This document shows, piece after piece, positions 19,776 through 28,588 of a stretch of DNA of 64,000 nt. Location: contig CALDOJ010000036.1 of the NCBI GenBank assembly GCA_937912225.1, positions 31,191-95,190 on the forward strand. The letters run 5' to 3'. Within the stretch, counting starts at the first letter, position 1. Every line of letters begins with the position of its first letter. Below the pieces are notes generated by a model. It did no database searches. It saw only the letters and a list, made by a program, of their open reading frames with translations, and was not told the origin of the DNA. Source of the DNA: Candidatus Woesearchaeota archaeon. GTDB taxonomy: Archaea > Nanobdellota > Nanobdellia > Woesearchaeales > GCA-2686295. Both the position numbers and the translations under genes were made by a program.

Positions 19776-20602
19776 TTCAATTTCTCATTTACTTCATCAT
19801 TCAAGTCATTTATATCAGAATCAAGTGCTCTTACTTGTCCTTCTACAAAACTTGGTTTTCCAAAAAATAATTTTCCTAAAAATTTATTATTACTAATTTT
19901 TTCTTTTATTTTTTGAAAAAAGTTTTTCTTTGATTTTTCTTTTGAATGAACTGATTCTTTCTTTTTAACTTTCTTTTTCACTTCCTTTTTTACTTCTTCG
20001 TCTTCCTTCTTAATTTCTTCAGCTTCTTTTTCAACTTTTTTCTCAGATTTTTCCTCTCTTGCTTCTTTTGATTCATCAAGTGCTTTTTGAATTTCTACAA
20101 CTTCAGGACTATTGTCTTCTTCAATTGTTTTATTCAAATTAATTTCTGGCAATTTAGAATCAGAATCAACTTCTTTTTCTGGCTCAACCAAGGGTTTAAC
20201 TTCTTGTTCATCAGCTTCTTTATTTGAATCGTCAGAAGTTTCATCTTTGAACATATCATCAATTTTCTTATTAGATTCTTGTTCTGATTCAAAAGGTTCT
20301 TTCTTAACAGGTTCTGATTCTGTTTTCTGATTTTCATCCGGATTCTTAATTAAATCGTGAAAATAATCATCGATTAATTTAATCATAGAATCCTTATCTT
20401 TAGCTTTTTCTAAAACATCCGCCAGTTCATTATTTTTGAAAACACCTTTAACCCAAATAGCAAAATCATTCTTCTCTGAATTAACATGCAAAGCGAATTC
20501 TTCATCAGATCCTTTATCTAAAAAAACTCTAAATTCACCTATAGTTCTCAAAACTTCTCCATTGCCTAAATAAAAATATTCCTCTTGTTTCAAATTCCTC
20601 AC
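19772..20602 (-). CDS. Acidic/Lys-rich protein with N-terminal copy of the NDF-x-W[VI] ~70-aa domain
   Basis: N-terminus EEYFYLGNGEVLRTIGEFRVFLDKGSDEEFALHVNSEKNDFAIWVKGVFKNNELADVL. Start is ambiguous: GTG 20602 lies inside GAGGTGA, and TTG 20593 is an alternative. Confidence 0.5.
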   Translation of the reverse strand: MRNLKQEEYFYLGNGEVLRTIGEFRVFLDKGSDEEFALHVNSEKNDFAIWVKGVFKNNELADVLEKAKDKDSMIKLIDDYFHDLIKNPDENQKTESEPVKKEPFESEQESNKKIDDMFKDETSDDSNKEADEQEVKPLVEPEKEVDSDSKLPEINLNKTIEEDNSPEVVEIQKALDESKEAREEKSEKKVEKEAEEIKKEDEEVKKEVKKKVKKKESVHSKEKSKKNFFQKIKEKISNNKFLGKLFFGKPSFVEGQVRALDSDINDLNDEVNEKLK

Positions 20603-20639
20603 CTCTTATGTGGATTTATTATTATTTGTTGTTTTCTAA

Positions 20640-22829
20640 TTAACCCTCCTGTAAAACATTAATTAATTCATCTTTTGAGTTTGCTGTTTGCATTCTATCG
20701 GCTAATTGGTCGTTGTGAAATACTCCTCGAACCCAACTAGCAAAATCGTTTTTATCATTAGACACATATTGTTTAAAATCATCATCATTAGTTTCTCTTA
20801 AATACTCGACTAATTCAAGTACGGATTTTATTTCTTTACCGCTTTGTAATCTAAAATATTGATCGGATGAAATGTCTTTTTTAACAACAATTTTTTCTAA
20901 ATCAGCATCTAATTCCTCTTCTTCCTTTTTCTTTTCAGTTCGAGATTCAGAATTTTCAACAAGTTTAGTTTCTGTTTCTAAATGTTCTTCTAATTCTTTT
21001 TTATCTGAATTTTCCAATTGAACAGGCTCTTCTGCTTCTTCTTTTACAGCAGTTTCTGGTTTAACTTCTGATTCAGAATCATCATCAGCCATCGCAGCAA
21101 ACGCTTTTTCTTGTTCTGTTATAGGCTCTTTCTTTTCAGGTTCAACAGCTTCTGCAAGTTTTGCCTCCTCTTCCTTTTCCTCTTTTTCTTCTACAGCTTC
21201 AACTGCTTCTTTATCAGATGTTGAGTCAAACCACTTTTCAGATTCTAATAATTTTTTCTCTTCATCAGTTAACTCTGGAAGTTTCTGTTTTTTACTCCTT
21301 AAATCAATCAAATCTAACATTTGTTGTTTATCTGGTTTAACCATCATATGCTGTGCTAATTCTTTATCTCCAACAGCATCTTTAACCCAATCAGCAAACT
21401 CATTCTTTTCTTTATTTACATGCTGATCATAATCACTTTGTTTCATCGCAGATAACTCATCATATAATGCTTTCAAACTAATAACTAACATACCATTTAC
21501 TAAACTTAGAATTTTATCAGGCGACACTTCTTTTCTGAAAAGATCAACTTCAACTGTTTCACCATCAGCGCTGCCACTAGCAGCTTCAACTGCTTCAGCT
21601 TCTTCTCTTGATTGTTTTGCTGCGTTAATAGATGCTTTAAAGTCATCTTCAGATACAAGTTTCTTTTCTTTCTTCTTAGGAACTTTTCCAATTTTTTCCC
21701 AATTTTTCTTAACTCTAGGTCTTAATCCTTCTAAATATACTTCAACCATGTTAAAATTTCCAACTTTTACTTTATCTAAAGATAATTTTAGTTCCAATTT
21801 CATATCAAATACATCAATTTCTAACTCTTCTAATTGTTCAAGTTCATACACTAATTGATCAATTTCATCATTGTATTTGTTATACTTTTCAAGTTCTTCA
21901 TCTGTTAATCTTTGTACTGAATGAAGGATTGGTCTGAATGTTACGAAGTATGGTTGACCTCTATTATATGACGCGTTTTGAACCATTCCACTTCCAACAC
22001 TGGCTTTAACTAATGATTTTAAAACACTATCACCATACTTAGTTTTAATTCTATCTAAGTCTCCTTCATCTCTAGTTCTCATTTGAACTTCTGTGTTAAT
22101 GTTCGCTTTAATCTGACCTACGAAGTCGGCCAAAACCTGAGATACTAACATAATCCCTATTCCCCACTTACGAAACTCTCTACATCCTCTTTCAATCTGT
22201 ACGAATCCATCACCACTACCTCCAAACTTAGGTAGAATTCTGTGAATCTCATCATAAATAATCATGAGTTTTAATGGCTCACTTTCAGTAGGTCTTTCAT
22301 CAAAAATTTGTCTAATAGTATTAGCTACAACTAAATCAATTCCTTTCGGATCCAACTTATTCATAGCATAAATTTGAATTTCGCCAGGTTTTGCATTCTT
22401 CTGAATTTCAATTACTTCTCGAGGATTAGTTATTTGTTTAACATTTCCATTGAATGCTTTTGCATCTTTAGGTTTCATTCCAAATCCAGGATAATACTTC
22501 AACATTCCTTTTTCTTTACATGGACGCAACATTCCGCTCCATTGAGCTGTAGGGTCAAAGGCAATTACCGCTACATCTTTTAACAAACATTCTTCTATTA
22601 TTACTTGAGCTGAAATAGATTTTCCTCCACCAGTTGACCCTGCTACAATTGAATGAATCTTTAACTGGTCTAAATCAAAATAAGTTTTATGGTCTGTTTC
22701 AGCAATTTTTCCCCACCAACCACTTCTAGGTCCTGGTTTTGGTAACTGAGTATAATCAACTTTAAGATGGAACCTTTTATTGGAATCCATTTTTTTCCAG
22801 ATTATAAAAGCTATTAATGCAATTGTCAA
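20640..22829 (-). CDS. Membrane-associated HerA/FtsK/VirB4-clade P-loop ATPase with two C-terminal NDF-x-W[VI] domains
   Basis: Walker A AGSTGGGKS, Walker B LMIIYDEIH and MLVSQ following it. Acidic low-complexity spacer. Two repeat domains, at residues ~431-508 and ~655-729. The called TTG start leaves only a partial TM (see finding on the in-frame TAG). Confidence 0.6.
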   Translation of the reverse strand: MTIALIAFIIWKKMDSNKRFHLKVDYTQLPKPGPRSGWWGKIAETDHKTYFDLDQLKIHSIVAGSTGGGKSISAQVIIEECLLKDVAVIAFDPTAQWSGMLRPCKEKGMLKYYPGFGMKPKDAKAFNGNVKQITNPREVIEIQKNAKPGEIQIYAMNKLDPKGIDLVVANTIRQIFDERPTESEPLKLMIIYDEIHRILPKFGGSGDGFVQIERGCREFRKWGIGIMLVSQVLADFVGQIKANINTEVQMRTRDEGDLDRIKTKYGDSVLKSLVKASVGSGMVQNASYNRGQPYFVTFRPILHSVQRLTDEELEKYNKYNDEIDQLVYELEQLEELEIDVFDMKLELKLSLDKVKVGNFNMVEVYLEGLRPRVKKNWEKIGKVPKKKEKKLVSEDDFKASINAAKQSREEAEAVEAASGSADGETVEVDLFRKEVSPDKILSLVNGMLVISLKALYDELSAMKQSDYDQHVNKEKNEFADWVKDAVGDKELAQHMMVKPDKQQMLDLIDLRSKKQKLPELTDEEKKLLESEKWFDSTSDKEAVEAVEEKEEKEEEAKLAEAVEPEKKEPITEQEKAFAAMADDDSESEVKPETAVKEEAEEPVQLENSDKKELEEHLETETKLVENSESRTEKKKEEEELDADLEKIVVKKDISSDQYFRLQSGKEIKSVLELVEYLRETNDDDFKQYVSNDKNDFASWVRGVFHNDQLADRMQTANSKDELINVLQEG

Positions 22830-22850
22830 TAAAGAACCAATTATTAATCC

Positions 22851-24614
22851 CTATTGCCAGAAAAATAATCCAAAGAAATACAACTGCCAAAATGGTGTTA
22901 CTACTTCAAAAATTTCACTTGTTCCAGCGCTAAATCCCAAATAATTAGCAGTTACTCTAATAATATAAACTCCTCTGGGTGCATCTTTAGGAATCTTAAC
23001 TGTTTTTAATAATGAAAAAGATGTTTTCAATAACACATTAGTACTATAAGTCCATAAAGTTGTGTTACCAGTTTCATCTTGAATAGTATAAAATAATGAA
23101 ACAGGATATTCTTGATCAGATAATAAATTTTTCAAATCTGTTTTGAATTGTAAATCTTCATTTGGATGAACTTGTTTCTTAGAAGAATCTAATTCCATTA
23201 ACAAAGCTTGTACTGGAAGTTGATTTGCAGATATTAATTCAACAGTTAATGGAATAGATGCATTAAAATCTCCTGTTATTTCTATAGTTCCATTATAAGT
23301 TCCTAATTCTCCTCTTCCAAAAATAGTTGGAGTAATACTACCCCTTTCATTTGGAGCAACTAATAATTTATTCTTATCCAACTCAACTAAATTAGCAATA
23401 TCACCTGTTACTTTGAAAAATGCCTGGGTTGTTCCTTCTTTATAACTATAAACAACTATTTCTTCTTGTAAGAAGTTTCCTAATCTAAGTTTTCTATTAA
23501 TAGTATTAAGTGAAATAACTATATCTGTTCCTTCAACTCTTTTTGGTTGTTCTACTTGTGGTACGAGTGGCGCTTCACCAGGACCAACATCATCACCAGG
23601 ACCAACATCTCTACCAGGACCAATACCAGTAAAATCGTTAGGTGTTACTGCTTGAACCAATATGATATTATGAATTGTTGTTTGATTCTTTACAATTGAA
23701 ACATTGTTTGCATATACATCATAACCTGATTTTATTGCAAAAATAGTATATTGTCCTTCAGGAGCTGTAATATTATAAAAACCAAACGTGTCAGATGCAT
23801 CATTATAATTCGAAATATGTATAATTACATCAGATATTGGAACTCCTGCTTCAGTTGTTACAATTCCTGCAATATTTCCTGGATTTGGTAAATCACCTTC
23901 TCCTTCAGCACATATATCATATGGATCTGGAAAGAAATAATATCTTTGCTCTGTAGCATTTGGAATTGGTAATATCATTTGATAATTTAACTGTCTTCCG
24001 TTAAAACCATTAGTCCAATTTCCGAGTTTTGGTGCTACAAATATTAATTCTCCATTACCATCTTGAAGAACACCCAAAGTGAAATTTTCAATACTTCCAT
24101 CCCCTCCATTAAGTGTTGTGGCTGGAATAGTTATTGGAGTATTACCTATTTCAATTGTAATATTATCTTTAAAAGTATTTGTTCCTGATAACTTTGCAGT
24201 GAATGAATCATATTGGTCCATTCCTAAAAAAGTATCTAGCACCGTTAAATTAGCTGGCTGAATATTTACAAAATCTAATAATTGAGGCATAACTGTACTT
24301 GCATACACTTCATGATCAATATCTGTTTCTAAACAATCAAATAATAAATTTGCTTCTAAAGTTTCCAATCCTTCTAAATCATAAAATGCTTCATTTTGAA
24401 ATCCTGGAACTCTTACTGCATAACCATATACTCCTGACCATAAAAAAGCAGGTAAACTCATATCAATATTTACTTCATAAATTACTCCTCCTTTCCCTGA
24501 AAAAGTATTAGTTGCCCAACCAATAAACTTGCTTGCAAAAACCAATCCGAATATAGCAAGAGCTACTAATAAAACTAATAATACTGTTTGTGCAGCTTTC
24601 TCTACATGTTTCAT
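22851..24614 (-). CDS. Secreted/anchored beta-rich envelope protein (carboxypeptidase-regulatory-like + Ig-like modules)
   Basis: N-terminal TM/signal TVLLVLLVALAIFGLVFA. GIVTTEAGVPISDVIIHISN...GQYTIFAIKSGYD. GPGRDVGPGDDVGPGEAP linker. Short hydrophobic C-terminus ends at TAG. Confidence 0.55.
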   Translation of the reverse strand: MKHVEKAAQTVLLVLLVALAIFGLVFASKFIGWATNTFSGKGGVIYEVNIDMSLPAFLWSGVYGYAVRVPGFQNEAFYDLEGLETLEANLLFDCLETDIDHEVYASTVMPQLLDFVNIQPANLTVLDTFLGMDQYDSFTAKLSGTNTFKDNITIEIGNTPITIPATTLNGGDGSIENFTLGVLQDGNGELIFVAPKLGNWTNGFNGRQLNYQMILPIPNATEQRYYFFPDPYDICAEGEGDLPNPGNIAGIVTTEAGVPISDVIIHISNYNDASDTFGFYNITAPEGQYTIFAIKSGYDVYANNVSIVKNQTTIHNIILVQAVTPNDFTGIGPGRDVGPGDDVGPGEAPLVPQVEQPKRVEGTDIVISLNTINRKLRLGNFLQEEIVVYSYKEGTTQAFFKVTGDIANLVELDKNKLLVAPNERGSITPTIFGRGELGTYNGTIEITGDFNASIPLTVELISANQLPVQALLMELDSSKKQVHPNEDLQFKTDLKNLLSDQEYPVSLFYTIQDETGNTTLWTYSTNVLLKTSFSLLKTVKIPKDAPRGVYIIRVTANYLGFSAGTSEIFEVVTPFWQLYFFGLFFWQ

Positions 24615-27553
24615 GATGCAATCCTCATTTGTAAAGTTTTTATTTTTTCAAACAACTCGGTTTTATAATCTTCATCTAATCTCTTATACACTTCTTCTAG
24701 CTGATGATAATAGTATCTTGCTTTTCCAATATTATCAGCTTTTATATTATTCTCAATATCTGAAACTAATTTCTGTGAATAACCATGATCCAACTTAGTA
24801 CATAAATTCCTAATTTTTTGATAAACTTCATTTTTTGAAGGAGTAGATAATTTTTCATAATACAATTTAATCTCTCTATAAATAAAATGAGCTTTATCAA
24901 GGTCATGAACTTCTAAATTATCAAGAGCATCATTTATCAATAAGTTAATAGTATGAATTTTCTTATCGCCAAATAAAACATAGTAAAAGAATCTCATCTT
25001 ATCTATTCTAATATGACTATGCCCTGCATATACTAATACTAAAACCATTATTAAAACTATCAAATAACCTTTTTTATCCATATTAACATTAAAGTCAAAT
25101 ATGGAATTTCCAGTTATAGAAGTTACCGCTTTAGTATATGAATCTTCAAACAAGACTGTTTGTGCTTTATCAATGTTCTCCAAATCTATTTGTTCATCAA
25201 AATAATAAATTATTTTTTGAGGGTTATCAAATTCAATTAATGGATCTTTCTCCAAAATTTTATGATTTGTTATTATTGTTAAATCATCGGTTGTCTCTGC
25301 TAATTCTTTTGGTATAGATTCTACAACTCTTAATTTATATGTGCTATTCACATATTTTAATTCTTTAACCACTAAAGTAATAGTTTTCTTTGTTCCATCA
25401 AAGTATTCTAATTCAACATTTCTGGCAGTTGTTGATATAGTTGCTTTTGATTGAGTTAATTTACTTGCTTCAAAAAATTTCTCTTTATCTAAATATTTTT
25501 TTATAGTTGAATATTTATCAGATACTTCTTTTAATTCAGGATCTCGAATATATTTAATAAACGCTTTATTTTCTAACACATTCACATTAACAATTATAGA
25601 ATTATAAGTATCAGATATTTTAGTTTCTAATGTTTGTATTTTATCTTCTTTTTCTTTTTCAGATAAAACATTATTGTAAGTTGCATCATTTATATCTCTA
25701 TAAGCTCTTTGTATTGTTACAATTGCACTTTTGATATTTTTCTCTATATCTAATACATCTATTACCCGTCGTTCATGAAGTCCTTTAGTTGATAAAGTAT
25801 CAATTATTGCGTATAATTCATCAGTAAATTCTGTTTCTGAAAAAGTTGTTTTTACGTCTATTACTTCATCAATTATTTTAAAAGTTCTTTCTTCTGTTGC
25901 TTTTGAATTCTTATCCGAATCTTCACATTCAATTTTCCATTTATAATCTTTATAATCTAATCCTGTCAATGAAAATATTTGTTCTGTGTTATCTGAAACT
26001 ATTTTTGTTCCTTTCTTTGTATACCAACTTTCATCCTTCTCTGCAGTATACAACACACAAGTTGTATCTCCTTGATCAGATACTTTAAATTTAACATCTA
26101 TACTTTTCGAATTAAATTCTTGTTTATCTGCAGGTGAAATAAGTTCAATACTTGGCGCAGTTACATCTTTTCCTTCTATTTCTGCAAGGTAAGTAATATT
26201 TTCCCTTAACCAGATTTCATCATAGAGAACTTCATAATTAGATTTTAAAACCGTTAATCTGTAAGTGCCTCTTGAAATATAAAATGTGTATTGACCTTTA
26301 CTATTTGTTATTCCTTCTCTATTTGCTAGTTCGATTCTTGCTCCAGATATAACACTTCCAGAATTTATATCTTTAACAGTTACAGCCAATTCCAATACAT
26401 TCTTAACAGTTATTGTTGTATTAAGAGACTTAGAATTTCCTTCTTCGTCAGTAACTGTTAACTTTTCAATGTATGAACCAGAATTTTCATAAGACATATT
26501 TATAGTATCATTAGTTTTAGTTGTTCCATCGCTTAAAGTCCAAAGATAAGTATATTCACCAATTCCGCCATTTACATAAGCTTCTAGTTCTGTTGGTTCA
26601 TCAACATCAACAGATTTATCTCCAACAACAGAAATTGTTATACTATTTTCAACTTCAAAACTTATTACATCAGTTAAAGTTGTATTTTGATATTCTAACT
26701 CTGTATTTGCAGCATAAGTTCCTACTTCTGTTGTGTAAGTCATTGATTCTGTTCTTGGAAATGTTCCATTTGTTATGGTTATTGTTTCTCCTAATGTGAA
26801 CCATCCTCCGCTTGAAGTTCCTATTTCAATTGTCATATTTGAACCATTTAATGCATTTATTGTGAAAGTTCCTGCTTCTCCTAAGCTGTAAGTTTCTTTA
26901 TTCAAACTAATGTTCAAGAATGGTGTTTCAATTTCTTCTTCAACGGTTTCATTCTCTATTGTAAATATTCTATTGCCACTAATATTTGCATTCCCAACAC
27001 TATCTTGACAACTTATATTCCAGTAATGCATTCCACTATCTGCAGAAATATTAACTATTTTTGAAGTTCCATTAATTGCAGTTATTGCTTGTATTGCATC
27101 ATCTAAAGTTAATATACAATTCATGCTTGTTGCAAAGTTATCTGTTGCTACGAAGGTTACATTCGTTAAATTAGTTAAGTTTGCATTATTGATTGGATTC
27201 TCTAAAACAATAATTGGTGCTGAGAGATCAATATTTATTGTTCGCTCAATAATACTTTCGCTGTTGTTCTCATCTGAGCAGTTAATATACCATTCATGAA
27301 CTCCTTCGGTCAAGGTTTCAGTAAATGTATTACTGCTTTCTGCTGATTTACTTTGTTCTTCTATTTGGTCTATAAATAAACTACAAGTGGTAGAATTAGT
27401 GTAATTAGTGAGTGTGAATGTAAAGTTAACATTTGAAGTATTATACACTGCATTATCTACAGGTACAATATCAGACATTGTTGAAGAAATTATTTGAAGA
27501 CTTAAAACTAACATGACCATCAACATAATTAATTTTGCTGATTTACTTCTCAT
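24611..27553 (-). CDS. Large surface protein (repeated Ig-like modules, PKD-like, carboxypeptidase-regulatory-like), TM anchor and helical cytoplasmic tail
   Basis: Signal peptide KLIMLMVMLVLSLQIISS. Repeats with a C...W[YN]I.C.D pattern. PKD-like EYTYLWTLSDGTTK...LTVTDEEGNS. TM GYLIVLIMVLVLVYAG. ~130-aa helical tail. Confidence 0.6.
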   Translation of the reverse strand: MRSKSAKLIMLMVMLVLSLQIISSTMSDIVPVDNAVYNTSNVNFTFTLTNYTNSTTCSLFIDQIEEQSKSAESSNTFTETLTEGVHEWYINCSDENNSESIIERTINIDLSAPIIVLENPINNANLTNLTNVTFVATDNFATSMNCILTLDDAIQAITAINGTSKIVNISADSGMHYWNISCQDSVGNANISGNRIFTIENETVEEEIETPFLNISLNKETYSLGEAGTFTINALNGSNMTIEIGTSSGGWFTLGETITITNGTFPRTESMTYTTEVGTYAANTELEYQNTTLTDVISFEVENSITISVVGDKSVDVDEPTELEAYVNGGIGEYTYLWTLSDGTTKTNDTINMSYENSGSYIEKLTVTDEEGNSKSLNTTITVKNVLELAVTVKDINSGSVISGARIELANREGITNSKGQYTFYISRGTYRLTVLKSNYEVLYDEIWLRENITYLAEIEGKDVTAPSIELISPADKQEFNSKSIDVKFKVSDQGDTTCVLYTAEKDESWYTKKGTKIVSDNTEQIFSLTGLDYKDYKWKIECEDSDKNSKATEERTFKIIDEVIDVKTTFSETEFTDELYAIIDTLSTKGLHERRVIDVLDIEKNIKSAIVTIQRAYRDINDATYNNVLSEKEKEDKIQTLETKISDTYNSIIVNVNVLENKAFIKYIRDPELKEVSDKYSTIKKYLDKEKFFEASKLTQSKATISTTARNVELEYFDGTKKTITLVVKELKYVNSTYKLRVVESIPKELAETTDDLTIITNHKILEKDPLIEFDNPQKIIYYFDEQIDLENIDKAQTVLFEDSYTKAVTSITGNSIFDFNVNMDKKGYLIVLIMVLVLVYAGHSHIRIDKMRFFYYVLFGDKKIHTINLLINDALDNLEVHDLDKAHFIYREIKLYYEKLSTPSKNEVYQKIRNLCTKLDHGYSQKLVSDIENNIKADNIGKARYYYHQLEEVYKRLDEDYKTELFEKIKTLQMRIAS

Positions 27554-27785
27554 TTTCTAGTCTCCCAATTAGCTTTTTTAATTCTTCTATCATCTGTTGA
27601 TTAGTTTGTTCTTGCTTTAATTTTGCAATTTTAGAAGTAACTGGTTCAGTAAAACTGAAGCATTTTGATCTAACAACAGAACGTATTTCTTCACTTAAAT
27701 CCATATAGTGATTTTTATCTGCTAGAATTCTTAGTTCTCTAACTAGTGTTGAGGGCATTCGTACGCTTACAACTGTATCTGTCAT
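27543..27785 (-). CDS. Ribbon-helix-helix DNA-binding protein with coiled-coil tail
   Basis: VVSVRMPSTLVRELRILADKNHYMDLSEEIRSVVR fits strand-helix-helix. Overlaps the next gene by 11 nt. Confidence 0.6.
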   Translation of the reverse strand: MTDTVVSVRMPSTLVRELRILADKNHYMDLSEEIRSVVRSKCFSFTEPVTSKIAKLKQEQTNQQMIEELKKLIGRLENEK

Positions 27786-27790
27786 CGTTG

Positions 27791-27946
27791 TTATTTGTTC
27801 TCTAGCACATACTGTCTTGAAAATTCTCTTATAGCCTCAGATCTAGAACTAAACACATTTTTTTTTACAAGGGTATCTAGAATTACAATAGTGTCGTCTG
27901 GTAATCTCACGTTTACTACTTCTATGTTTTTCTGAGGTTTCTGCAT
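27791..27946 (-). CDS. Small ribbon-helix-helix (CopG-like) protein, not in the supplied ORF track
   Basis: My own translation: MQKPQKNIEVVNVRLPDDTIVILDTLVKKNVFSSRSEAIREFSRQYVLENK. ATG at 27944-27946, TAA at 27791-27793. Ends 5 nt before the next RHH gene. Confidence 0.65.
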   Translation of the reverse strand: MQKPQKNIEVVNVRLPDDTIVILDTLVKKNVFSSRSEAIREFSRQYVLENK

Positions 27947-27952
27947 GGTCAC

Positions 27953-28019
27953 GTATGTTACTTGTAGTTTATTTGTATGTTATCTGTAAGTGTCTCTGTA
28001 GACCGAAATGACACTTGTA
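27953..28019. promoter_or_regulatory. Candidate RHH operator: direct repeats over the divergent promoter region
   Basis: GTATGTTACTTGTAG (27953-27967) and GTATGTTATCTGTAA (27975-27989) lie 22 bp apart. Extra YTGTA copies at 27996-28000 and 28015-28019. They flank a weak minus-strand TATA-like CAAATAAA about 24 nt from the ATG at 27946. Confidence 0.35.
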
Positions 28020-28111
28020 TGACAATTAACTGACATTAGTAGTATATAAATCTTTTGATTTCGTCTTTTGAAAGGAGAAACTATAAAAAACCAACAATAT
28101 TTCAAACAAAA

Positions 28112-28561
28112 ATGAAAGAATACGAAGTCCTAAGAAAAAAATATTCGCTGCCAAACCTAAAAGAATTAGAACAAGACTTTGGCTTTGAAGAAATAGAAGA
28201 ACAAAAATATTTATTACGAGCAATTGTTAAGAAAATAATAGATACAATTGAAACACACGCTAAATTGTTAGAAGAAATAATTAATCCAGAAGCAAGCATT
28301 AGTAATATGAACGAAGCAAGCTCTTTTAATGAAGAAGAAAAACCATTAATTCTTAAAAATTATAAAAAATTATTATTTTATCATCGAAGTCATATGCAAA
28401 TAAATTTAAATTATGATGAAAAAAGTTTTGCAGATTTTTTGAATACATTTTATGAAGATTGGCACAAAATAAAAGTTGATTTGAACACAATCATTGGCAA
28501 GATGAAAAACTCTTGGAAAAAAGACGTGAAAACAAAAATAGAATTAGGATATTTTGGATAA
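28112..28561 (+). CDS. Hypothetical helical protein
   Basis: First ATG in the ORF; the TTG at 28055 is upstream of the predicted TATA-to-TSS distance (TATATAAA at ~28044). No family recognised. Confidence 0.4.
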   Translation: MKEYEVLRKKYSLPNLKELEQDFGFEEIEEQKYLLRAIVKKIIDTIETHAKLLEEIINPEASISNMNEASSFNEEEKPLILKNYKKLLFYHRSHMQINLNYDEKSFADFLNTFYEDWHKIKVDLNTIIGKMKNSWKKDVKTKIELGYFG

Positions 28562-28588
28562 AAAAATAAACATGAGGGTAATGAAAAA

